A stretch of DNA of 64,000 nucleotides from a virus, in the IMG/VR virus record IMGVR_UViG_3300037424_002358, positions 32,001 through 96,000 of that record. One strand, 5' to 3'. This document shows positions 44,477 through 53,494 of this stretch, piece by piece (position 1 is the stretch's first letter; every line of letters begins with the position of its first letter). Under the pieces are notes generated by a model, which did no database searches, was not told where the DNA came from, and saw nothing but the letters and a program-made list of their open reading frames with translations. A program made the position numbers and the translations under genes.

Positions 44477-45620
44477 GGTCGCCGGCTACTTCCGTCCGGC
44501 TGGGGTGACCCAAAACGGCTAACTCGGACTGCAGGCGCGCCATGCTCCAACCCCCGGCCATGGCCATCTCCGCGATTGCGGGGCCAGCCCCATCGACGCT
44601 GAACTTGGCGATGCAGGTCGCCACGGCCTCGACGCCGGGATTGGCAATCTCCCACCTTCGGTCGATGCGCCCTGGCCGGAGGAGGGCGGGGAGGAGGCCG
44701 CTCACGTCGTTCGCGGTCGCGATGAGGATGCGCGCCTCGGAGGCGAGCGCGCTATCAATGGCGTTCAGGAGGCCCGATTGCGTGATCTGCGTGCGCGAGA
44801 GGTCGACCTTCTCAATGTCCTCGACGACGACGATGCTCTGCTCGGGGACGTTGCCGAGCGCGCTCACGAGGTGGGGTTCGGTGAACTCCTTGTCCGTCAG
44901 CGTCAGCGAGTAGATGGACACACCGCAGTGCGCAGCCAGGGCTTGAATGAGCGTCGATTTGCCGTTTCCCGGCGGTCCAGATAGCAGGTAGCCGCGGCGG
45001 TAGGGAAGGCCCCGCTGGCGGTACCAGTCCTTGGCACCGAAGAACCAGTCCGCGTCGTCGAACACCTGCTGCAGGAGTCCGGGCTTGAGGAAGACGGTGC
45101 TGGCTTCCCGCTTCTCTGTGAGCCTGACCAGTTCCCAATAGGCTCGCGAGTTCACGAACACCGCCGTCTTCCCGATCCGCTCACGGTTGGCGCGGTCGAC
45201 AACCTCCTGGATCAGGCCACCTATCAGGCCGCGCTCGGGCCGGAGGATGCGCAGGGTAAGCACGCTGATCTTGCCTGCGATCCCTGCATCCTCCAGGTCG
45301 TGGTTGAGGTAGAAGCGCCGACCCTTGAAGGTGAAGGTGTGCAGGCCGGGTCCGGGCCGCATCACGGCCTCCAGGCCATCCTTGCGGTCATTGGTCGCCA
45401 CCTCGAGCCAGCGCTGCTTCCTGCCCCACTCGCCCTCAGCCAGCCAGATGCCCATCCAGCGGACCATCGTCTGGTCGCGCACCGTCGTCACGACGCCGAA
45501 CCAGCGCCAGATTAGGTCCCAGGCGAGTTGCGGCAGATAGCGCAGGGCGACGCCGCCAGCCGCGACCAGCATGAGCGACAGGCCACCCTGGAAGAATTGG
45601 TTGTCCCCGAGCCACTCCAT
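44469..45620 (-). CDS. BCS1-like AAA ATPase
   Basis: N-terminal TM segment, GLPYRRGYLLSGPPGNGKS, VVEDIE, GLLNAID, ALLRPGRID. Confidence 0.9.
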   Translation of the reverse strand: MEWLGDNQFFQGGLSLMLVAAGGVALRYLPQLAWDLIWRWFGVVTTVRDQTMVRWMGIWLAEGEWGRKQRWLEVATNDRKDGLEAVMRPGPGLHTFTFKGRRFYLNHDLEDAGIAGKISVLTLRILRPERGLIGGLIQEVVDRANRERIGKTAVFVNSRAYWELVRLTEKREASTVFLKPGLLQQVFDDADWFFGAKDWYRQRGLPYRRGYLLSGPPGNGKSTLIQALAAHCGVSIYSLTLTDKEFTEPHLVSALGNVPEQSIVVVEDIEKVDLSRTQITQSGLLNAIDSALASEARILIATANDVSGLLPALLRPGRIDRRWEIANPGVEAVATCIAKFSVDGAGPAIAEMAMAGGWSMARLQSELAVLGHPSRTEVAGDRG

Positions 45621-46498
45621 CAGGCCGCCTTCGAGTCCGCCGGGGGTGCAATGGAAATGGGCATCTGCGAACTATACTCGCGGCTGAAGGCGATCCGGTC
45701 CTCGGGGTTGCGGATGTACTTCATCGTGAGCCTCTGGATGCGAGCCAGGATTTCGAGGACGAAGATGACGGGCACCATACCCTCATTCGACACGATCCAC
45801 TTGCGCTCAGTCTCGTTCAGCCGACGCAGGAGTTCCATGTTGTCGGAGATCACGTCCCACAGCCGCATTTCAATGTTGACGGGTTCGAGCACTTTCTTCA
45901 GTCGGACCGCGAACAGTTGCAGATTGTCGATGGGAACGCTCGCGTCCTTGCCCATGAGCGACTTCATTTGGTAGACCGTGTTCTCCATGCCCTGAAGGAC
46001 CTCGGTAATCTCCTTGTGCGCGCCCGAGTTGTCGTAGCGGTCGACCATGCCGAACAGTTCATCGAGCCGGGCTGATATGATTCCGATCTCCTGGGTGAGG
46101 CTCAGCAGTTCCGGGTCGCCGATGATCCGGTCGTAGGCCGCCGCGATCTGGTGGGCGACGTGGTACTTGCGCTCGTTGCGCTCCTTGGCCTGCTTGGCTG
46201 ACCCTCCGCCGTGGTAGCGGCAGACCATGGTGCCGTAGGCCGCCTTGTTTCGACAGCGGCGTTCCGTGGCACACTCGGGACACTGCCAGGTCTTGTCGCC
46301 GCGCTCGTAGCGATACCCGCAATTCGGGCAGGACTTCCGCCGCGCGATGCAGCGCTGCTCGGATGGGACGGGCTTTGTGTCGAAGAGTTCCTTCGCTTTG
46401 ACCTTCCCCCGGCGGAGCCTGCCGTCGCCGTAGCGCTTCCGCATCGGCTGACGGCCCTTGGCTGGTTTGGCTGGCTTGGTCGGCTTCCGGGTCATCAA
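45620..46498 (-). CDS. Zn-binding HGG-motif protein, candidate terminase small subunit
   Basis: CIARR..CPNC...CPEC...C...CRYHGG followed by a helical region; lies upstream of terL. Confidence 0.55.
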   Translation of the reverse strand: MMTRKPTKPAKPAKGRQPMRKRYGDGRLRRGKVKAKELFDTKPVPSEQRCIARRKSCPNCGYRYERGDKTWQCPECATERRCRNKAAYGTMVCRYHGGGSAKQAKERNERKYHVAHQIAAAYDRIIGDPELLSLTQEIGIISARLDELFGMVDRYDNSGAHKEITEVLQGMENTVYQMKSLMGKDASVPIDNLQLFAVRLKKVLEPVNIEMRLWDVISDNMELLRRLNETERKWIVSNEGMVPVIFVLEILARIQRLTMKYIRNPEDRIAFSREYSSQMPISIAPPADSKAA

Positions 46499-46809
46499 AT
46501 CCTCTTTCCGCCATGCTTGAATGGCCGACCCTCGTTCTCCTTCATCTTCTCCTCGACCAACATCTGGAGGTTGAGGCTGAGTCCGGCCGCGACCTCGACG
46601 GTGCGGATGACGATGTCCGCGAGTTCCTTCCCGAAGCCTTCTAGGTCACGCTCACGGAACACCTCCAACGCCTCCGAGGCCTCGGAATGGATAAGCGCGA
46701 TCTGCGCCGGGATCTCCAGCGTGTGGAGGAAGGCCACCTTGTCCGGCATGGCGAAGCCGTGGGCCGTGCTGTTTTCGAGCGCGCGTTTTCCGAGTTCGTT
46801 TAGGTCCAC
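46495..46809 (-). CDS. MazG-like NTP pyrophosphohydrolase
   Basis: IALIHSEASEALE...ELADIVIR...KM..N..RP.KHG. Confidence 0.88.
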   Translation of the reverse strand: MDLNELGKRALENSTAHGFAMPDKVAFLHTLEIPAQIALIHSEASEALEVFRERDLEGFGKELADIVIRTVEVAAGLSLNLQMLVEEKMKENEGRPFKHGGKRI

Positions 46810-46817
46810 GGAGCCTC

Positions 46818-48374
46818 CTAGAACATCCCCAGGAACGCCGCCAGCCTCGTGCGGGCGATCTCGGCGTACCTCTCGTGCAACTCGACGCCCACAACCTCCT
46901 CCCACTCCGCCTGTTTCGCTGCGATCATCTCGGAGCCCACGCCAGCGAATGGAATGAGAATGCGGCGGGGCGCATACGCGGCAGGCGGAAGCAGAAGTCG
47001 GGCGAGCCAGCGGACGAGGTCGACGGGTTTGACCGTCGGGTGCGGGTTGCGCCGGCAGTTCACCTCGACCTCCTTGCCGTCCATCGTAACGATATGCGTC
47101 TCACTCCAGAGGGGGTCGACGGCGTGGTGCACGCCCGGCTTGTCCTCCGAGAGGCACGGGAAGACTCCGATAAGCCCGCGCTCACGTTCCTCCTGGTCGG
47201 CTTTCTCCTCATATCGGACAACATCGGCATCGGTGATCGCCGCCTCGACCGCCGTGAAGAAGAAGCGGGACACGTGCCCCGAGTCCCCGTATATCGCGTC
47301 CTGCTGGCCCTGCGCCCAGCCCTTGTTGTAGCCGCCGTCCTGCTGGCGCATGACCGGCCCCTGACCGCTGGCGCGCACGCCAGCCTGGTCGTCGAGCCGG
47401 CGGACAGGGCAGTCGGGCACGCAGGCCCAATGCTCCTCGCCCACCTTGACGCACTCCGCCGCGTGCGCCAGCGCGAAGTTCGCAGGCCAGCGGCCCAAAC
47501 GGTTCGTCCGTTTCGCGGACTCCGCCTGCGCATCCCGGAATACGTCGGATGTTCGTCGGCTTATCCCCAGGTCGCTTCCGACGATGCCCCCGCGCTTGGC
47601 GGGATCACTCTGCGGTGCGTGGACCGTTTCCCTGCCGGTGGAGATGCGTCCGCCGTCTATGTTGAGCGCGCCCGCGCCGGTACGCGTGATGTCATCCACC
47701 GGGCGGCCCTCGTAGGGCTTCTGGAACACAATGAGGGGTTCGAGGGCAGGCTTGAGCGCCTGCAGGCCGTAGCGATGATGCTCCCAGGTCTTAGCGAGAT
47801 CGGTGGCGGGTGCCGTGACCGGCTCCGTCCGCTTGACTCCCGTCTGACCCTCATAGGCGTTCTTAGAGAAACTGCCCGCTCCGGTTCCGGCATTATGCCC
47901 GTGATACTCGACCTCCCCGACTACGGGTCTCACCGCACCCGCCTCCCGGTCAATCTGCGTGTCGATCCGGGTGGCCTTCGGGAAGCCTGAACCGTAGAGC
48001 CAGCCGAAGATGGAGGGATGGAGGATGTACCCGGCGTCCTCAATCGCCGCCGCCAGCCGGTGCCAACCTCGGGAGCCGGCGAACGCCATCCCGAACGCGC
48101 CGGGGTGCAGAACCGGCAGGAACGCGGCCCACGTCTCCGGGCGGAAGGCAATGTCCCCGCCGTCCCAGGTCTGGCCCATGAAGCCCGCGGCGTGGCGCTG
48201 GTAGGCACCGACACCGCCGACCGTCGCCTCCGTCCTCGCCGCCTTGGCGAAGCGCTTGACAATCGCCACGAGATGGTACGGCGGATCGCAGAGGAGAGCG
48301 TGGAACGGATCGCCCCGGTAGTCGGCGAGCCATTTCAACACGTCGGCGGTCGCGATCTCAAACGGTGGAGTCAT
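46818..48374 (-). CDS. DNA N6-adenine/N4-cytosine methyltransferase
   Basis: CDPPY, WLYGSGFPK, HPTVKP, PFAGVGS. Confidence 0.92.
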   Translation of the reverse strand: MTPPFEIATADVLKWLADYRGDPFHALLCDPPYHLVAIVKRFAKAARTEATVGGVGAYQRHAAGFMGQTWDGGDIAFRPETWAAFLPVLHPGAFGMAFAGSRGWHRLAAAIEDAGYILHPSIFGWLYGSGFPKATRIDTQIDREAGAVRPVVGEVEYHGHNAGTGAGSFSKNAYEGQTGVKRTEPVTAPATDLAKTWEHHRYGLQALKPALEPLIVFQKPYEGRPVDDITRTGAGALNIDGGRISTGRETVHAPQSDPAKRGGIVGSDLGISRRTSDVFRDAQAESAKRTNRLGRWPANFALAHAAECVKVGEEHWACVPDCPVRRLDDQAGVRASGQGPVMRQQDGGYNKGWAQGQQDAIYGDSGHVSRFFFTAVEAAITDADVVRYEEKADQEERERGLIGVFPCLSEDKPGVHHAVDPLWSETHIVTMDGKEVEVNCRRNPHPTVKPVDLVRWLARLLLPPAAYAPRRILIPFAGVGSEMIAAKQAEWEEVVGVELHERYAEIARTRLAAFLGMF

Positions 48375-48526
48375 CCGTCGTAGCGGAACTGACCGCAACC
48401 TGGACAGCAGCCGTAGGCGCGACCGTCGCCATACGCCAGCGGGTATATCTGCAAGCCATGGAACACGATGCACCATCGGAAACGGAAACGCCGAACGAGA
48501 GCATGGAACGGATCGCCACGGTTCAT
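48371..48526 (-). CDS. Small hypothetical Zn-ribbon protein
   Basis: C...H...CPGC; start/stop overlaps on both sides. Confidence 0.5.
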   Translation of the reverse strand: MNRGDPFHALVRRFRFRWCIVFHGLQIYPLAYGDGRAYGCCPGCGQFRYDG

Positions 48527-49236
48527 CCCGCAATCCTCGCAACGCGGACCGACTGTTTGGGGAAGGGCCATTCCGTGGTCCGCCTGTGGTGCTGGTGGTA
48601 GACGGCGAATCCGGCTGGCAGGGGCGGACGGCCCATCTCGACTTCCACACGGTGAATCCAACTGTCGTTCATGTGCCGCTCCTCCGTCTCCGGGATGAAG
48701 TCCGTCTGGTCCCAGCCGATTCGAGTCTGACCTGTGAACGCGAAATGGTGGCACCAGGACCCGGCGCTTTGGTTCGTCCAGCCCCAGGGCGAGAGAAAGC
48801 CCCAGAACCCCGGCACGGTCTGGAATACGTCGACGTTTGTCCTCCAGGGGTAATCGTCCAGACTATCGGTCAGTTCGCGCGGCAACGCCAGCGCCGTCGC
48901 CGAGAGCCTTGCCGTCCCGTCGTAGGTCGCCACCATCCTCTCTATGGCATTGAGCGGAGGCATGTACTCGGGATGCGTCAGGATGACAAACTCGCCCTGA
49001 CACTTTCGGTATCCGCGGACGTAGGCCATGTTCGAGGCGCGGGGCGGCGCTCCGCCTAGCCGCAGTTTCTCGTAGATGACCTGGCCGCCGGCTAGGTTCT
49101 CGATCTTCTCGTCGGAGCCGTCGTCGAGTAGCAGGACCTCGTAGTCGTCATAGGTCTGCCGACGCAGGAGCCAAAGCGTGCGCTCCAGTAGCGGTCGACG
49201 GCCTTGGAAATAGGGGATCAGCACCGAGACCTTCAC
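48523..49236 (-). CDS. Glycosyltransferase family 2
   Basis: VSVLIPYF, QTYDDYEVLLLDDGS. Confidence 0.85.
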   Translation of the reverse strand: MKVSVLIPYFQGRRPLLERTLWLLRRQTYDDYEVLLLDDGSDEKIENLAGGQVIYEKLRLGGAPPRASNMAYVRGYRKCQGEFVILTHPEYMPPLNAIERMVATYDGTARLSATALALPRELTDSLDDYPWRTNVDVFQTVPGFWGFLSPWGWTNQSAGSWCHHFAFTGQTRIGWDQTDFIPETEERHMNDSWIHRVEVEMGRPPLPAGFAVYHQHHRRTTEWPFPKQSVRVARIAG

Positions 49237-49445
49237 GCGTCCTCCACTCCCTCGGCCTTGATGAACCGGAACGCCTTGGCGCCCTCAATGCACCCTTGGC
49301 GGTCGTTACAGAAGCGCACGTTCTCCTCGAAGGGGACGCCATTGATGGTCCGGTGGTGGGTGATGGCAGAGATGCTCGCGTCAGGTCGCTCCTCCCTGCA
49401 GATGTGGCACGTCCAGGAGATCGTGAGATTGTCGCTATCGCTCAT
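49233..49445 (-). CDS. Small Cys-containing hypothetical protein
   Basis: WTCHIC...RFCNDRQGC. Confidence 0.6.
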   Translation of the reverse strand: MSDSDNLTISWTCHICREERPDASISAITHHRTINGVPFEENVRFCNDRQGCIEGAKAFRFIKAEGVEDA

Positions 49446-49447
49446 GG

Positions 49448-50578
49448 TTAATCCTTGTAGGGGTCATGTTCCCGCGGTCCCGCCATCGCGACGCCGAGCG
49501 GATTGAGGCGGTGGACGATCCTGACGGAGGCGGCATGGTGCGCCAGGACGGCATTGAGCCGCTTGTAGGCCGCGGGTGCCTCATCCACGCCGCCGCCCCG
49601 CAGTTCGACGTGGGCGACCTCGGACCGCATGGCATCCTCGGTGATCGTCCGCTTCGCCTGGCCCCGACTCATCACCCGGCCCGCGCCGTGGACGGTCGAG
49701 TAGAGCGCTTCCTTTGCCTCCGGCCCATCCACGCCCTCGAGGATCACAGCCGTCTCGCCCATAGTCGCGCCGACGAAGCCGCGCTGACCGGGGAACGCTG
49801 GCGTGGCACCCTTGCGGACGACCCACAGCCATATCCCGTCGTGCTGCTCGCGCCATGCGTAGTTGTGGTGGTTGTGGACCTCCTCGACGATCTTAGCGCC
49901 GATGATCCGACCAACTCTCTCGCAGACCCAGTCCCGACCCGCGTACGCGTACACGCCCGCGAGGCGCATCGCCGCCAGGTAGTCAGTCCCGATGATGCTA
50001 CTCACGGGCAGGACCAGCGGCTCGACGTGCATCCCGTCCTTCCCGCCGCCCTCGCGCAGGAAGTGCGTCGCGATCTTGTGGCCGAAGCCCCGCGAGCCGA
50101 AGTGGACGCCGATCCACACCCGGTCGAGTTCGTCGGCGAAGATGTCCACATAGTGGTTGCCGGAGCCGATGGTCCCGAGTTGCTCGCGGGCCATCTGCTT
50201 CAGCGGCGCGACGCCGCGGATCGTCCAGGCCTCATGGTCGAAGAGCGGGTCGTCGACCTGCTCGTTGTTCTTCCGCCCAATCCCGAATGATAACGATCTC
50301 CAGATTTCGTCCATGATCTTGCCGATGTCTGGCCGGATGGCCGACGCGACCACATCCAGGCGGACCGCCTTGTTCCCGCACCCGATGTCGTATCCGACGC
50401 CGGAGGGTGAGACCGCGTCTTCGTAGGCCACGACGCCGCCGATCGGGACGGCGTAGCCGAGATGATGGTCGGCCATCATGGCAACCCTCGCTGCCCTCGC
50501 GCTACAGCGGACGATCTGTTCGAGGGCGCCGGGGTCGACCGGATCACCCCAGACTGGGATGCCGTTGATGATCTTCAC
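49448..50578 (-). CDS. rtcB: RtcB family RNA ligase
   Basis: MADHHLG, GYDIGCG, GTIGSGNHY, HFGSRG, HNHHN, RKGAT, STVHGAGR, DEAPAAYK. Confidence 0.96.
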   Translation of the reverse strand: MKIINGIPVWGDPVDPGALEQIVRCSARAARVAMMADHHLGYAVPIGGVVAYEDAVSPSGVGYDIGCGNKAVRLDVVASAIRPDIGKIMDEIWRSLSFGIGRKNNEQVDDPLFDHEAWTIRGVAPLKQMAREQLGTIGSGNHYVDIFADELDRVWIGVHFGSRGFGHKIATHFLREGGGKDGMHVEPLVLPVSSIIGTDYLAAMRLAGVYAYAGRDWVCERVGRIIGAKIVEEVHNHHNYAWREQHDGIWLWVVRKGATPAFPGQRGFVGATMGETAVILEGVDGPEAKEALYSTVHGAGRVMSRGQAKRTITEDAMRSEVAHVELRGGGVDEAPAAYKRLNAVLAHHAASVRIVHRLNPLGVAMAGPREHDPYKD

Positions 50579-50606
50579 GTCGTGGGTGCCTCCCTATGAT
50601 GGCATA

Positions 50607-50680
50607 CGGCTGGCGGGGCCAGTTCGATTCCCCAACGAAGGTCCCCGGATCGGGACTCTCCGCCCGTAACCCGCCAGCCG
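50607..50680 (-). ncRNA. Candidate structured RNA upstream of rtcB
   Basis: 11-bp terminal stem CGGCTGGCGGG/CCCGCCAGCCG enclosing an internal hairpin. Confidence 0.4.
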
Positions 50681-50689
50681 CGGGCGGAT

Positions 50690-50878
50690 TCAGAATTCCT
50701 CGTCGTCCCGGTACAGCGGAACGACCGCCGGGATGCTACGCTCTCTGGCGACTTCCTCGGGCCAGAGTTCCTCGATCCACACGCACAGCCGCGCCAACTG
50801 GAGCGAAGACAGTATTTCCGCTCTGTCGTGGCGTAACTTCAACTCTCCCCTGTCGTCGAGCCGCTTTTCGAGTCTCAT
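50690..50878 (-). CDS. Hypothetical protein
   Basis: MRLEKRLDD; ATGA overlap. Confidence 0.5.
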   Translation of the reverse strand: MRLEKRLDDRGELKLRHDRAEILSSLQLARLCVWIEELWPEEVARERSIPAVVPLYRDDEEF

Positions 50879-51267
50879 GGCTTCCTCTCCCAGACCTCGA
50901 CCGGCATTCGTAGCCCCCGGTCCCACTCCTGCTTGCGCCGGAAGCGCTTGTGCCGCAGGATGGCCGTCATCGCCAGCAGCGGAGTCGGCACCCGCACAGT
51001 ATAGCCCCGCCCCCACAGATTGTTGAGGAGCGCCGAGAAATGCCCCTGGCCGGGTTGCAGCGACTCGACGTTACAGACGTAGATGACGTGGCCGAAGCGC
51101 CACATCCAACCCGAGAAGTGATCGGTCAGGAAGCCGAGTTCGTCGGCGATGGGGTTGCCTAGCGGCAGATATTCGCCGCCGTATTCGTGGTCCGTTCTAA
51201 GGAATGGCGGCACCGCGCCGTACGGAGACGCGAACCATCCGGGGATCGGTGCGGGCGTCAGGGTCAC
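50875..51267 (-). CDS. Hypothetical protein, GNAT-like
   Basis: IYVCNVESLQPGQGHFSALL resembles the GNAT acetyl-CoA binding motif. Confidence 0.45.
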   Translation of the reverse strand: MTLTPAPIPGWFASPYGAVPPFLRTDHEYGGEYLPLGNPIADELGFLTDHFSGWMWRFGHVIYVCNVESLQPGQGHFSALLNNLWGRGYTVRVPTPLLAMTAILRHKRFRRKQEWDRGLRMPVEVWERKP

Positions 51268-51542
51268 GGCGTGCCCTCCTCCAACACGTGCAGGACCCAG
51301 GTGTCGCGCACTAGGACCGTGCCGAGGTAGCGACACCCCGGAGGGATGGCCTGGCCCGTCCCGATGATAAAGCCAGCCCACGCGACGGTCGGCCTGTCGG
51401 GGTCCACATCCGCCCACAGGCACACGTGTTCCTCTTGTATCCCGACGAACAGCGGCCTCATCCCGGCTGGCACCTGGAGACTTACGGCGCGCGGCAGGCG
51501 GTCGGGTATCCCGCTGAGGGGAAACTTGCAGACCTCCCTCAT
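51264..51542 (-). CDS. Hypothetical phage protein (paralogue of 19133-19420)
   Basis: LQVPAGMRPLFVG...LWADVD...GTG...YLGT...HV. Confidence 0.7.
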   Translation of the reverse strand: MREVCKFPLSGIPDRLPRAVSLQVPAGMRPLFVGIQEEHVCLWADVDPDRPTVAWAGFIIGTGQAIPPGCRYLGTVLVRDTWVLHVLEEGTP

Positions 51543-51919
51543 GGGCGCACGGGGAATGGCAGGAGCCGGGTCGTCATGATCTCCTGCCGCACCTTTGCGA
51601 CAACGGCCATAGCGATCATCTCCCTTTCGTCCAGACTGCCCATAAGAACCTCAGGCGCGAACTCGACATGGACGGCAAGCGTTAGATGCTCAGGCCCTAT
51701 AGGCAAGTCGAAACGAACGCGGGCAAGGTCGCCAGCGAGGAGGGACATTGCCTTCTCCATGCGGCCAATCTCGTCCTGCATCCGCACACGTCCGGCCTGA
51801 CAGCCAGCGAGGTCGCACGCGAGCGCGTCGAACCGCCTCCGGCTGACAAAAGGCAGCACGATACGAGCCGTCCGCTTCGCCTTCCACCTGCGTTGCCGTT
51901 GCCACTTGGCTAGGTCCAT
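51539..51919 (-). CDS. Hypothetical protein
   Basis: GAGGAGGAG RBS. Confidence 0.6.
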   Translation of the reverse strand: MDLAKWQRQRRWKAKRTARIVLPFVSRRRFDALACDLAGCQAGRVRMQDEIGRMEKAMSLLAGDLARVRFDLPIGPEHLTLAVHVEFAPEVLMGSLDEREMIAMAVVAKVRQEIMTTRLLPFPVRP

Positions 51920-51931
51920 GTTCTCCTCCTC

Positions 51932-52255
51932 TCAGTCCACCGGCGCGCCGCACTGACCGCAGGCGCAAAAGCGGGCCGCCCACTGCCCGCAATGCTGGCA
52001 CTTGACGACGGCCTTGGCGCAGTGGTCGCCGTACATCTTGTCCATGATCGCCCCAACGAGGTCCTCAATGGGCGGCTGCTGACCGAGACTATCAGGCTCA
52101 TGAATGGATGCTTGCGCCGGAGTTCCCGAGGCGACAGCCCATTCCCCCTCCAGCATTCGTATCACCTGCGGAGTCATCGGGCTACCGGAGATGAGCGGCG
52201 GGCCCTCGTAGACCCTGATCTCAGGGTAGGGCCAGGAGACGAGTTTGGGTGCCAT
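51932..52255 (-). CDS. Hypothetical protein with a C-terminal Zn ribbon
   Basis: CQHCG...CGQCGAP. Confidence 0.55.
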   Translation of the reverse strand: MAPKLVSWPYPEIRVYEGPPLISGSPMTPQVIRMLEGEWAVASGTPAQASIHEPDSLGQQPPIEDLVGAIMDKMYGDHCAKAVVKCQHCGQWAARFCACGQCGAPVD

Positions 52256-52370
52256 CACGGTGTCCAACGAGCCACCTCCAAAGCGAATATCAGGATCAGC
52301 GAGAAGACCGCGCCGCCGGCGGCGAGGATCAGGACCATCAAAGGCCCGCACCATGGCTTCTGGTCATCGT

Positions 52371-53246
52371 TCATATCCTGCCCCTCTCATCAATCGTGCC
52401 AGCCTCAAGCGCTGCCAGCATGAGGTTCCGGGCACGGCGGATCAGCGCCAGGAGATGCTCGCCCCGCCAGTAAGATGGGAACGAGTCGGGCTTCCTCTCG
52501 TGCACCCGCTCCACAATCTGTCCGAGCAGGTCGGCGACGTGGACGGCCTCGCGCTCGTCGCGGCCGTGGCGCCGAAGCAGGGCGGCGACAAGGTCCCGCC
52601 GCATGCGACTCTGGAAGGTCGTCGTCGGGGGTTTGACAATCCTCAGGCGGTTCGACCACGCGTACATCAGGCCGTCGGCCTCCGGCACCTCGCCCTTCTT
52701 GACCAGTCCTCGGGGGCAGACCCAGATGAATTCGTCGACCACGCTGCGCAATTCTCGGTTCTTCTTGGGATCGGCCATCTCGCGCTTCCAATCGCTCCTG
52801 CTCACCTTGATCTCGTAGGCCGTGACCCTGTACGGGCGGTACAGTCCGAAGGCGACGGCATCGGCGACATCGCCCACGACGGTGAAGTTCACCGCCAGGA
52901 AGGATGCGGGTTCCACATGGCGGCGGCGTAGCAGTCCGACGATCTGCGCAGCGGTCATCGCCGGCTTCTCTGTCGGCGGCGAGACGAAAGCGCGCTCAGG
53001 CAATCTTTCCAGGATGCGCCTTCCCCCCTCCGTGAGCCGGAACTTAGGGGGCGACCACCGGACGGGGTCGGGCGGAACGGCCTCAATCCACTGAGTCGCC
53101 AGAAGAATGCTCATGGACTGCCTCGGCACGAGGCGATACACCGTCTCGTCCGTGCGAAGGCTACACCTCTTCCCGTAGAGGCTGAGGTAGCAGCCCTCAC
53201 CCGCCAACTGCCGAAGCACTCGGGCCTGGAACGGCGTCGGCCTCAT
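52371..53246 (-). CDS. MmcB-like PD-(D/E)XK nuclease
   Basis: ADAVAF...AYEIKVSRSDWKRE...K...P.GLV..E.P...GL. Confidence 0.8.
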   Translation of the reverse strand: MRPTPFQARVLRQLAGEGCYLSLYGKRCSLRTDETVYRLVPRQSMSILLATQWIEAVPPDPVRWSPPKFRLTEGGRRILERLPERAFVSPPTEKPAMTAAQIVGLLRRRHVEPASFLAVNFTVVGDVADAVAFGLYRPYRVTAYEIKVSRSDWKREMADPKKNRELRSVVDEFIWVCPRGLVKKGEVPEADGLMYAWSNRLRIVKPPTTTFQSRMRRDLVAALLRRHGRDEREAVHVADLLGQIVERVHERKPDSFPSYWRGEHLLALIRRARNLMLAALEAGTIDERGRI

Positions 53247-53494
53247 TCGGTCCCGCGCCAGTACCGTAGGATGGCGTCCCCGACCGCATGGGCACCATAG
53301 GCCAGGAAGCCCAGGCCAACCAGAACAAACACCCCGACGAACCACCACATGTACAGGTCGACGTACCTCGCGAGTAGCGGTGCCGTCGGGTAGTCAATTA
53401 TCGGCCCTATAAGGGCGCGGCCGATGATCGACGGCAAGAGAATGATCGGCGCCCCGACTGCGAACGCCATGGCATGCCTCAGGATACGTCTCAT
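53243..53494 (-). CDS. Small membrane protein
   Basis: Two hydrophobic helices; coupled to both neighbours. Confidence 0.6.
   Translation of the reverse strand: MRRILRHAMAFAVGAPIILLPSIIGRALIGPIIDYPTAPLLARYVDLYMWWFVGVFVLVGLGFLAYGAHAVGDAILRYWRGTE

Noticed and set aside
50618-50635. GTTCGATTC as the T-loop of a plus-strand tRNA
   Set aside because: The flanking bases do not form a T stem and no cloverleaf can be drawn.
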